49,815 bases of DNA, from the NCBI GenBank assembly GCA_023705905.1, contig BPTK01000005.1, forward strand, positions 1 through 49,815, in the 5' to 3' direction. The position numbers and the translations under genes were made by a program. Source of the stretch: Candidatus Heimdallarchaeota archaeon (GTDB taxonomy: Archaea; Asgardarchaeota; Heimdallarchaeia; Heimdallarchaeales; Heimdallarchaeaceae). The stretch's first letter is position 1, and each line of letters starts with the position of its first letter. Below the pieces are notes generated by a model that was not told the DNA's origin, did not search any database, and worked only from the letters and a program-made list of their open reading frames with translations. Below are positions 19,291 to 27,794 of the stretch, piece after piece.

Positions 19291-19809
19291 TTAAGGTTTA
19301 AATGAAATGAAGATAATAAGTGCAATAAGAAATGTACCTAAAGCAATTCCAGTAATGGTGAAAGCATTTGCAGGTAGAATTTTGAGATTGATTGTAACTT
19401 TATTTGAGAACGGTGCTAAAGGTTTCATCTTTCCTGAGATTAAGTCGACAAGATAATGTGCAACATAACAACTACTCGCCAAGATTGCTACTTCAGGAAT
19501 TGTAGCCACCCAGAAGATGAGAGAACTTAAGCCACAAACTACTAGAACACCAAATGGTTCATGCAACCAAGTATGATAAATGAACTCATCTCTTTCATCC
19601 ACTGTTTTGAAATAAAGCTTAATCAGTTGAGGAATATTCCATAATTTAATCTCAGGGTGTTTCCTCTTGTAATAGAAAACATGATCATAATCAACAAGAA
19701 CTCCGAAAACAAACATTACAATTAGAAGTAACCAGAGTGGGACATCGTAAAATTGAATGAATATAAACCCAATAAGTACAGATATACTTCCATGGGTTAC
19801 AGAGTCCAT
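19291..19809 (-). CDS. Membrane-bound metal-dependent hydrolase-like protein (DUF457/YdjM-like)
   Basis: MDSVTHG N-terminus, DYDH and HTWLHEP His-rich motifs, and 4-5 TM helices. ATG at 19809; 19848 is GTG. Confidence 0.55.
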   Translation of the reverse strand: MDSVTHGSISVLIGFIFIQFYDVPLWLLLIVMFVFGVLVDYDHVFYYKRKHPEIKLWNIPQLIKLYFKTVDERDEFIYHTWLHEPFGVLVVCGLSSLIFWVATIPEVAILASSCYVAHYLVDLISGKMKPLAPFSNKVTINLKILPANAFTITGIALGTFLIALIIFISFKP

Positions 19810-19896
19810 GAACTCTTTTGCTACAAAGAGAGTTAAAAATTTTATCACCTCACCATTTACTAAAGTTTATTTGAGAGAAAGTGATAGTATGTGTTA

Positions 19897-20352
19897 ATGG
19901 ATTGTAGCAATTACGATAAAATCATTTCAACACCATCTGCTGGCGATGGTAACAGAAGGTCTGCACTGAAGTCGTTGATAAGAGATGGATGTTTATCATC
20001 TCTATATAATCATGCTTTAACATCTTCAAGAATTGACTGGATCAGAAATTATTCGTTGCTAGCTTTGACAAAATTTGCTACCATCAATACTTCAAGTTAT
20101 GATGTTGCGATAACACTTCAGGATGATGAAATACCTCTAGAACTATCGATGGATTTAATGAAGATGCAGAAAAAAGCTGCAAGGCTTCTTTTCATGTTTA
20201 CTTCTACACCTAACAAACCTAGAAAATTCAAGAAAATATCCTTGATGGGATTGATAGCAGGAGAACATTGGGAGTATTGTGAAGAATTGCTTCATGATGA
20301 AGAAGAGTGGATAAGACGAACAGTACAATCAGCATTAAAAACAAAAAAATAA
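19897..20352 (+). CDS. Hypothetical protein with possible HEAT-like repeats
   Basis: ATG at 19897. GNRRSALKSL and EEWIRRTVQSAL resemble HEAT/PBS-lyase repeat cores. This is weak evidence. Confidence 0.4.
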   Translation: MDCSNYDKIISTPSAGDGNRRSALKSLIRDGCLSSLYNHALTSSRIDWIRNYSLLALTKFATINTSSYDVAITLQDDEIPLELSMDLMKMQKKAARLLFMFTSTPNKPRKFKKISLMGLIAGEHWEYCEELLHDEEEWIRRTVQSALKTKK

Positions 20353-20371
20353 AAAAGAAAGAGAAACAATT

Positions 20372-20425
20372 CTGCTCCTAAGGAGCAGATGACCACTGAC
20401 CGAGAATAACTCGGTTATTTTTTCT
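20372..20425 (+). terminator. Two tandem hairpins ending in a T-tract, downstream of 19897..20352
   Basis: CTGCTCC-TAA-GGAGCAG (20372-20388) and ACCGAG-AATAA-CTCGGT (20399-20415), followed by TATTTTTTCTCTTTTT. Confidence 0.4.
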
Positions 20426-20800
20426 CTTTTTGCTTATTTATTGAAAATTATCAACTGATTTAAAGATATACCCTACATCCAGTGGGTAAACCCACTGATT
20501 TGGGCAGTATTTTATGGATTTAATTATAGAGGCGGATTATTTGGATAATCTGATGGTATTGGTGTAGTGGTTGGTGGATTAGAGTATTGTATTAACAAGA
20601 AAATCTCAGTATCCCTTAGTGACTTGATTTGTGGCTTGGAAATGGCAATTTCTAATTATAGTATAGTGAAAATATCGTGTCTAAGGGATAATTGGGTTAA
20701 TTTATTGAAAAAATCAGTAAAATATAGTGAAAAAATAATCATAACGACTTCAATCTCGGAAATTTAGCAAGATATTAGCCATTAGATTGACTAATCATGG

Positions 20801-23422
20801 TTAGATTACTAATTTTGTCTTCTCATCTGTAAGTTGTTTAGCCTCTTTAGTTGCCTCATCATATATTGTTATGGGGAATCTATTATGTAGTGGAGATATT
20901 TTTGCTCCCCATTTGGATACATAATAAAGAGGTTTAGCCATGAATTGCAAACCTTTAGCCATCTCTGTTGCTCGTTTGAACTCAGCTAACGTATTATCAT
21001 CGAACGCGCCTAAGAAAGCAGCAATAAAGGCGTAGATGTACATACCTACTAGAGTACCTATCAGAAGAATTACTACAGAGGTGATGATTTCTCCTTGCCA
21101 GATAAGAAGGCATAATCCTTCCATAATACCCCAGAGAGATACAGCTGCTAATAAAGGTGCAATGAAGCCTTGCCAAGCCAAATCTTTCCACTTGAATTTG
21201 AAGTAGTCATCGCGTCTTATACCCCACCACATAAAGATGTTCTTAATGATTAATGCAGGGAAGTAAGCAAACATTATTGCAACCATCGGAGAACCAAACG
21301 TTATACTGAACCATCCATACAAGGGTATGAAAACAAATAACAGTCCAATTCTAATCACTTGCTCGATTATCCAACTTATAGCTGCCCAACCCGGACGATC
21401 TGACCCAGCAAACATCCAATCACCTAACCATGAGAAGTAACCTATAGCATGGAAGAAGAGGAACCAGATAATCAATGGCGTAGCAGCAGACCATTCAGCA
21501 CCTGCTCCACCAATAATGAATCGCCAACCTATGGGTATTAGCGCTGCTACTAGAAACCAGTCAAAATAAGAACTCCACTTTAGAGAACTCAAAGTGTAGT
21601 ATCTAGTAAGTGCCTTTTTCTTAGCATGATATGATTCTGAAATTGCTGGGAGTAATGCTTCAGAGAATAGTGCTACGAGCATAACAATAGTTGCGAAATT
21701 CCACGCTAAGGAGAAGTAACCTTGTTGTTGAGTATAATTTGGTAGGAACATTGATAGGAGGTAAAGTTGTATAAACCACCCGAGTGGCGGTAGTATTTTA
21801 CCACCCATCCATTTGACACCAAACTTGAAAGCCTCTTTCACATCCGCCCCCGTGAAATCTATTCGGAAGATCGTTTTGAGAGAGAATCCAAGTCTTTTGA
21901 AGAATAGTAATCCTACAAGGAATGAACAGACTTGTATAACATAAAAGCCAACACTGTATCCTATAGCTCCCGCCAAACCATCTCCAAACACAGGATTTTT
22001 GCCTAACGTAAACCTGAAGAGTACAATAACTAGATATTGTATACTTATATTAAAAACTGCATAAAGTAGTAGATTTAGTATCTGCTGCAAATCTATTCTA
22101 TTCATAGCCGCAAACAGATACATGAACACCAGGAAGAAAGCCGGCCATTGGAAGAACGCATGTGTCACAAAAATCCAAGACATATGTGCCAGGAATGTTC
22201 GTGGAAACACCATTGATCCTATAAATGAAATCAAGAATAACTGAGCTAGTCCTGATAACATTTGGTACCAAACAAACATTTGTACATATTTGATAGCTTG
22301 TTGAGGTGTCTTCACTCTGTGCTGGCTAAAGAATTTCACCAATACAACCGATGTTCCTAAATCAAAGAATAGCCATAAAGCTTCAAAGAATTTAATTGTA
22401 TAATCATAGAAACCTGCTGCTTGTGGACTTGGGAGTATTATCAGTGGAAATACTAATGCAGACATAACAACATTAGGTAAGATTACCATAAGACCGATGA
22501 ACAACTGAATGAGAAAACCTCCAAGTTGCCTATGCATCCCGACTTCTTCCCATTGATTTTCTTTTTCAGTTTCTTTGCTAATTTCATCTAAATCCTTTTC
22601 TTTGATTGGATTCTTTTTAGAATATTTTCGAGCATAAATAAAAGCTACAACTGTTATAGCAGCTGTCAGTAGAACTGATACACCTATAAGTATCGTATCT
22701 AGAGAATGCGGAACAGGAGAATAGTCCCACTTTGCATAACTTAATGGTGTTTCACTTACGGATGACATAATTGTAAGATAAAACATGTAATTGTAAAATG
22801 GCCATTCCACTAGCTCACTGTTAAATTCCAAACTTGGGTAGAAATTGTAAGCAATTAACCTATTATTATCGTTAGTACTCATTAAAGCGATTCCAGGATC
22901 AACACTATCAGGTGAGGTTTCTAGCCAAATAGTTCCAGTCAATGTAATATCAGTATAATTCGTAAGTGTAGGAACAGAATTCCACTGAATATTATCCATT
23001 ATAGGATAAGGGATAGAAGTTTTAACAGGAACAGGTAGTGCAACACTTTGTACAACATCATTTGTGATAGTAGATGCTAGACCTAATGTATGTAGTAAAG
23101 TGCTATTTGCTGCTAGATTTTCATAAATAAAAATCGCAATTCCTCCAAGGTAGGAGTCAAGTAAACTTATCTCAGCCAACGTAGGAGCATAGTCGAGAAT
23201 TACAATGCTATCAAAAGCACCAATGCCAGTTCCAACAGAGCTTCTAGTACTAACAACAAAAGAGGGATCCAAAGTGATCCTATCCATTAGATAGTCAGGT
23301 ATATCTTCTCCAACTACTAACACATCAAAACTATCTTGAGCTAGAGTACTTGATGGAAGTAGAGTAATTGAGATAAATACAAGTAAACAGCTTAAAGTGA
23401 GGATAGTAAGCTTTCTCTTCAT
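20801..23422 (-). CDS. Large fusion membrane protein: secreted N-terminal domain plus ~14-TM MOP/Wzx-flippase-like region
   Basis: Signal peptide from the ATG at 23422 (MKRKLTILTLSCLLVFISITLL..AQD). About 230 aa of extracytoplasmic domain and a charged loop follow, then many TM helices. The segment ...LFSEALLPAISESYHAKKKALTRYY... resembles polysaccharide-flippase (Wzx/MurJ-type) proteins. The family assignment is tentative. Confidence 0.55.
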   Translation of the reverse strand: MKRKLTILTLSCLLVFISITLLPSSTLAQDSFDVLVVGEDIPDYLMDRITLDPSFVVSTRSSVGTGIGAFDSIVILDYAPTLAEISLLDSYLGGIAIFIYENLAANSTLLHTLGLASTITNDVVQSVALPVPVKTSIPYPIMDNIQWNSVPTLTNYTDITLTGTIWLETSPDSVDPGIALMSTNDNNRLIAYNFYPSLEFNSELVEWPFYNYMFYLTIMSSVSETPLSYAKWDYSPVPHSLDTILIGVSVLLTAAITVVAFIYARKYSKKNPIKEKDLDEISKETEKENQWEEVGMHRQLGGFLIQLFIGLMVILPNVVMSALVFPLIILPSPQAAGFYDYTIKFFEALWLFFDLGTSVVLVKFFSQHRVKTPQQAIKYVQMFVWYQMLSGLAQLFLISFIGSMVFPRTFLAHMSWIFVTHAFFQWPAFFLVFMYLFAAMNRIDLQQILNLLLYAVFNISIQYLVIVLFRFTLGKNPVFGDGLAGAIGYSVGFYVIQVCSFLVGLLFFKRLGFSLKTIFRIDFTGADVKEAFKFGVKWMGGKILPPLGWFIQLYLLSMFLPNYTQQQGYFSLAWNFATIVMLVALFSEALLPAISESYHAKKKALTRYYTLSSLKWSSYFDWFLVAALIPIGWRFIIGGAGAEWSAATPLIIWFLFFHAIGYFSWLGDWMFAGSDRPGWAAISWIIEQVIRIGLLFVFIPLYGWFSITFGSPMVAIMFAYFPALIIKNIFMWWGIRRDDYFKFKWKDLAWQGFIAPLLAAVSLWGIMEGLCLLIWQGEIITSVVILLIGTLVGMYIYAFIAAFLGAFDDNTLAEFKRATEMAKGLQFMAKPLYYVSKWGAKISPLHNRFPITIYDEATKEAKQLTDEKTKLVI

Positions 23423-23532
23423 TAAAACACCTATAAAGCACAAAATCAATAACTAGTATATATGAGTTATTGAAAATAAACGCAAGTAAAACACGAAAAA
23501 TCTATGAAATAACAACATATTCCTTTGTTTTA

Positions 23533-23967
23533 CTATCTTATTTCATAATTCACTACGTAACCTTCGGCTTCAAGGAAGTCTTTGAAATTAATTAAGCTAT
23601 TATTTCTTAAGAAAACAACTGTTTGAGTATCTAATGAAGAAATTAACAGATCATTTATTCTACGAATAAAGAACATGAATATTTGATAGAAAGCAGCCAT
23701 TCTCTCATCAACATGAATAAACCTGAAATCATTGATGGGTCGCACATATTCTTTCTCCCAATCTCTACAAGAAGCCTTCATTAATGCCTCAATTACATTT
23801 TCACCAAGGCTTGGCATTGTTGTATATATACAGTCTCGAAGTTTTTCCAATACTTCGATTTGTCCCTTATTGAGCATAATCTTTTTCGAGCTAATGAGAG
23901 CTGAATTAAGTTTTCCTTGATCAAGCTCAAATGTAACACTCATTACTAGGTAAGCCTTCAAAGTCAT
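23533..23967 (-). CDS. Hypothetical protein
   Basis: Clean 144-aa ORF with an ATG start and no recognisable motif. Confidence 0.4.
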   Translation of the reverse strand: MTLKAYLVMSVTFELDQGKLNSALISSKKIMLNKGQIEVLEKLRDCIYTTMPSLGENVIEALMKASCRDWEKEYVRPINDFRFIHVDERMAAFYQIFMFFIRRINDLLISSLDTQTVVFLRNNSLINFKDFLEAEGYVVNYEIR

Positions 23968-24107
23968 CTATAAACTTTTGCTCGGCACTAAGACAAAAAG
24001 TGGCTATTAACACCTTTTAAACGCGTCTAGAAATAGCTTAACCATAAATTTCACTTAAAAGTAACAATGGTAAAAAATTATATGCTAGTTAGTAGATACT
24101 GTAAAGC

Positions 24108-24659
24108 ATGTCAGTGCATTTTGAGAAACCTGGTGATCACACAGAAGAAGTACTCAATTTAGTGCAAAAAAAAGTAGATGAACAAAAAATCTCTCAAGTT
24201 ATAATTGCAACAACCAAAGGAGATACAGCTCTGAAAGCGGTTTCTTCCTTAAAGAATTGCAAGATTGTTATTGTAACACATCAAGCGGGTTTTAAGGAAC
24301 CCGGAGGGATGGAAATTGAGGAGAGTATTATCAAGGAGATTGAAGCAAAAGGCATAAAAGTTGTGACTGCTACTCATGCTCTTGCTGGTGTTGAACGAGC
24401 TGTAAGAAAGAAATTAGGTACTTGGATGACTGTCGAAATTATGGCTCAAACGCTCAAGATTTTTGGGCAAGGAACAAAAGTATGCGCGGAGATTGTAGCT
24501 ATGGCTGCTGATGCTGGTGCTATTACACTTGATAATGTCATTGCAGTGGGAGGAACAGGTAGAAATGCTGACACTGCTTGGATTATCAAACCAGTGCATA
24601 CACATAACTTCTTTGACATGAAGCTGATAGAATTAATATGTAAACCTAAAAACAATTAA
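24108..24659 (+). CDS. Pyruvate kinase alpha/beta (PK_C-like) domain-containing protein
   Basis: FEKPG..TEE.L.L...K......VIIATTKGDTA...VTHQAGFKEPG......THALAGVER...KK.G...EI.A.TLK.FGQG.KVC.EI..MA.DAG...GGTGRNADTA matches the stand-alone ~185-aa PK_C-like family as I remember it. Confidence 0.65.
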   Translation: MSVHFEKPGDHTEEVLNLVQKKVDEQKISQVIIATTKGDTALKAVSSLKNCKIVIVTHQAGFKEPGGMEIEESIIKEIEAKGIKVVTATHALAGVERAVRKKLGTWMTVEIMAQTLKIFGQGTKVCAEIVAMAADAGAITLDNVIAVGGTGRNADTAWIIKPVHTHNFFDMKLIELICKPKNN

Positions 24660-24670
24660 GTGTGAAAGCA

Positions 24671-25378
24671 ATGAATTTTGATCCAGCACAACTTAATTGG
24701 GTATTTGTTGTTGTGTCACTCATCGTTGTTTTTCTTACTTTAGGTTCAGTTTATCTCCTTGCTTATCTTAACTATAAACCATGGCAAGTTAGAAAAATAA
24801 GTCATATGATATTGCATACAGTTCTTGCTTTCTTTCCTTATTTCATAGACAATTTATTTGATTTAATTATCACTTTGAGCATAACCCTAGCTTTACTTCT
24901 TATACTCTCATTAATACCTCAAATCCAATTTATCCCAAAAATCATTGAAAAATGTACAAGGGAAGGGGATAGTAACATGCAAATGGTCTTAAATTCTACA
25001 ATAACGAGTATAGCTGTTCTGCTAGTTTATGTGCTTAACTTTGATAGACCTTATGTGTTTACCGCAGCTTTCTTGTCAGTAAGCTTGGGCGATGGTCTTG
25101 GTGAAATGATTGGAAGACCATATGGAAAGATTAAATATCGCATTTTTGAAGAACGCTCCTTAGAAGGATCTATTGCAGTGTTTTTTGGAACAGCAGTTAG
25201 TATCTTTGTAGCTTTAGCTATTAACAAAATGTTAGCAGTAGACATTTGGTGGAAGATAATCGTAATTGCATTAATAGGTACAATCGTTGAAGCATGTAAT
25301 TACAAATTCTTAGACAATGTTACATTACCAATATCAATTGCTCTGATGATGTACTTGCTCTTTTCTCTAGCATTGTAA
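24671..25378 (+). CDS. Polyprenol/dolichol (or phytol) kinase-like membrane protein, CTP-transferase-1 superfamily, paralogue 1
   Basis: SLGDGLGEMIGRPYGKIKY...ERSLEGSIAVF is the GD..A..(I/V)G...GK....KS.EGS motif of dolichol kinase, phytol kinase and CDS enzymes. About 6-7 TM. ATG at 24671; 24662 is GTG. Confidence 0.7.
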   Translation: MNFDPAQLNWVFVVVSLIVVFLTLGSVYLLAYLNYKPWQVRKISHMILHTVLAFFPYFIDNLFDLIITLSITLALLLILSLIPQIQFIPKIIEKCTREGDSNMQMVLNSTITSIAVLLVYVLNFDRPYVFTAAFLSVSLGDGLGEMIGRPYGKIKYRIFEERSLEGSIAVFFGTAVSIFVALAINKMLAVDIWWKIIVIALIGTIVEACNYKFLDNVTLPISIALMMYLLFSLAL

Positions 25379-25425
25379 CCAATATTTTATAACCAAATGG
25401 TTTCATAAAGTGCTGTAGATGTACT

Positions 25426-26127
25426 TTGATATTTGATTATACTCAAGTGAATTGGATAATTGTTGCAGTGTTTGTTCCTGTTTTTTATCTTTCATTTTGG
25501 TTACCCTTCATACTAAAACGTTTAAAATTTCCCGGTTGGTTTACAAGAAAAAGCAGTCACGTAGCTGTGAATGTATCTACAGCTCTTTTCTCCTTTTGGT
25601 TGACAAACCTTTTTGATTTTGTTGTAACGTTCTTCACATTACTGGCTGTAGTAATAATTACTTCATATATTCCTCAAATAAAAATGATGACTAGAGTCTA
25701 CGAAGGAAATTTAAGGGAAGATGAAAAATCATTATTCTTCACCATAAGCACTGTTCTTTCTATAGTAACATTATGGATAGTAATGTTTGTTTTTCATGAT
25801 TCGAAGTACATAATCATGGCTGCTTTTCTTGCTCTTGCCATAGGAGATGGAGCAGGGGAGATGATAGGAAAACCATTAGGCAGAATTAAGTATAAGGTAT
25901 TTGTAGAAAAGAGCCTTGAAGGTTCAATTGCAGTTTTTGTTGGTATAGTAGTTAGTATTGTTATATCCTTTGCAGTATATGATCTTCTAACTATCTCGAA
26001 TATTTGGAAAATATTTGTTGTCGCACTGATTGGAACAGGAGCTGAAGCTTTAACTTATGTTGGGTTAGATAATTCAACGGTTCCATTATCCGTTGCAATT
26101 TCATTATATCTCTTTATGTTAATTTGA
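25426..26127 (+). CDS. Polyprenol/dolichol kinase-like membrane protein, paralogue 2
   Basis: AIGDGAGEMIGKPLGRIKY...EKSLEGSIAVF. The protein is collinear with paralogue 1 from its first residues (MIFDYTQVNWIIV vs MNFDPAQLNWVFV). That alignment supports the TTG start at 25426. Confidence 0.7.
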   Translation: MIFDYTQVNWIIVAVFVPVFYLSFWLPFILKRLKFPGWFTRKSSHVAVNVSTALFSFWLTNLFDFVVTFFTLLAVVIITSYIPQIKMMTRVYEGNLREDEKSLFFTISTVLSIVTLWIVMFVFHDSKYIIMAAFLALAIGDGAGEMIGKPLGRIKYKVFVEKSLEGSIAVFVGIVVSIVISFAVYDLLTISNIWKIFVVALIGTGAEALTYVGLDNSTVPLSVAISLYLFMLI

Positions 26128-26689
26128 TGCTCTTCTCAGCGGAGAGAAGATATGTTCCTCTTGTTAATCTTTTCCAATTAACGGAGAAGCCTATATCTTG
26201 ACACTTATCTTTCAATTCTTGAGGAGAGAAAAATACACTTCCGAAGCGCAATATTTTTTCGAATATAAATAAAAAAATGTTTCCAACATACTTCCTATCA
26301 TAATCGCGTATAATTAATTTACCTTGGTCTTTCAGAACTAAATGGCTTTCTTGGAGAGTTTCTTCTTGTTTTTGAATATGATGTAGAACATCGTTAACGA
26401 ATATTTGATTAATAGTGTTTTCACGAAATGGCATGGAATCGCCAGAACCTTGAACTAAGAGTAGATTGCGGGACTTATTATGAGCTTGCTTTATCATCTC
26501 AAACGAACGATCAAGGATGAGACATTCATTAACATAATCCAAAAATAAGGTTGCAACTCTACCTGTTCCGCCTCCCAAATCCACGAGTAACGCGTCTTTA
26601 GAATAGGTAATATCACCAATGATTTTTTCTAAGTCAAATCCCTTTATTATGTGATCGTATCGTCCTGCGATGCGTGAAAATAGATCCAT
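26114..26689 (-). CDS. Class I SAM-dependent methyltransferase (UbiE/MenG-like)
   Basis: FSRIAGRYDHII N-terminus, motif I LLVDLGGGTGRV, and a post-I acidic residue (ILD). The ATG at 26689 gives the family-typical N-terminus; the 26782 extension overlaps the upstream gene. Confidence 0.75.
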   Translation of the reverse strand: MDLFSRIAGRYDHIIKGFDLEKIIGDITYSKDALLVDLGGGTGRVATLFLDYVNECLILDRSFEMIKQAHNKSRNLLLVQGSGDSMPFRENTINQIFVNDVLHHIQKQEETLQESHLVLKDQGKLIIRDYDRKYVGNIFLFIFEKILRFGSVFFSPQELKDKCQDIGFSVNWKRLTRGTYLLSAEKSIKLT

Positions 26690-26745
26690 AACAAATAAGA
26701 AAATCACTATATTAAAAAGAATAGGAAAAGACGAAAAAGATTTAG

Positions 26746-27735
26746 TTAATTTTCGTCTACAGCATCTTCCAGTGTTGGCCAAGCTTCTTCCTTGTACCAG
26801 TAAGGTTTACGAATCCTTCCAAAAGCATTATGAGCAGCTATTGCTCCTTGTGCTACAGCAATAACTATTAACTGGTATTGTGTTACAATATCGCCTATAG
26901 CAAAAACGCCCTCAATATTGGTTCGCATTTCTTTGTCAACTTTGATGTATTTACCTTCAGTTTTAAGGCCAATATCCTCAAAGATTTCTAAGTTTGTAGA
27001 CATACCTACAGCTAAAATACATTTATCGATTTCTACTTATCTATTCATATGAGTATTAACGTCTTGCAATATTGCTTTCTCTAAGAGTTTATCTCCTTTA
27101 AGTTCAGCAATTTGGTGTTCATAAATAATTTCCGCTAAGTCGTCATCAACAATTTGTTTAACTTTGGTTTCTGCTGCTCTAAAACTATCTCTTCTGTGGA
27201 CAAGATAGATTTTATTAGCAATATCTGCAATCATATGCACAGCATCGATGGCAGTATCACCACCACCAACAACTAAAACATTTGAACCTTTGAAACGATC
27301 AGGATCGGTAACAAAGTTATAAACACCTTTATCTTTAATCTTGAACTTTCTCTCACCTGTTATTCCTAATTCTGATGGTCTGGATCCTGTTGCAATAACT
27401 ATACTTCTAAAATTATACCGACCCTCATTTGTTGCAATAGTAAGTACATCATCTTTCTTTTCAACATGGATAACTCTTTCATTCTTAACTTCAGCTTGCA
27501 CTTCACGAGCTTGTATGATAAACTCGTCAATCAACCTTTTGCTTAGTATACTTGGGTTTCCAGGATAGTTTTCCAGAATTTTACGTCCATAGAGTGTAGT
27601 CACGATACCACCTAGACGCCCACCTTCGAAAACTGTAACTTTGAGACCTTTGTAAGCGGCAATGATAGCAGATCCTAATCCACCAACTCCACCACCAATA
27701 ATTCCTAAATCACCATAATAAACATCATCTGACAT
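26746..27735 (-). pseudogene. Thioredoxin-reductase-type ferredoxin-NADP+ oxidoreductase-like flavoprotein, interrupted by one in-frame TAA
   Basis: FAD motif IIGGGVGGLGSA and NADPH motif VLVVGGGDTAIDA. There is no CxxC (GVYNFVTD where TrxR has the redox cysteines), as in TrxR-like FNRs. The C-terminal GVFAIGDIV lies in the same reading frame, after the TAA at 27037-27039. Confidence 0.7.
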
Positions 27736-27794
27736 ATTAACCAGAAAACATAACTCACTAATATTTGTTTTGCATACGGCATTAGTTCAAAAAA

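Noticed and set aside
20385-20402. GATGA and CTGA strings (AGATGACCACTGACC) that look like C and D boxes of a C/D sRNA.
   Set aside because: The two boxes are only about 4 nt apart. There is no second box pair and no guide-length spacers. The region is better explained as the linker between two terminator hairpins.
20567-20767. 66-aa ORF in the long convergent intergenic region.
   Set aside because: It has a GTG start, no motif, and overlaps the inverted and direct repeats. The region is treated as a candidate non-coding region instead.
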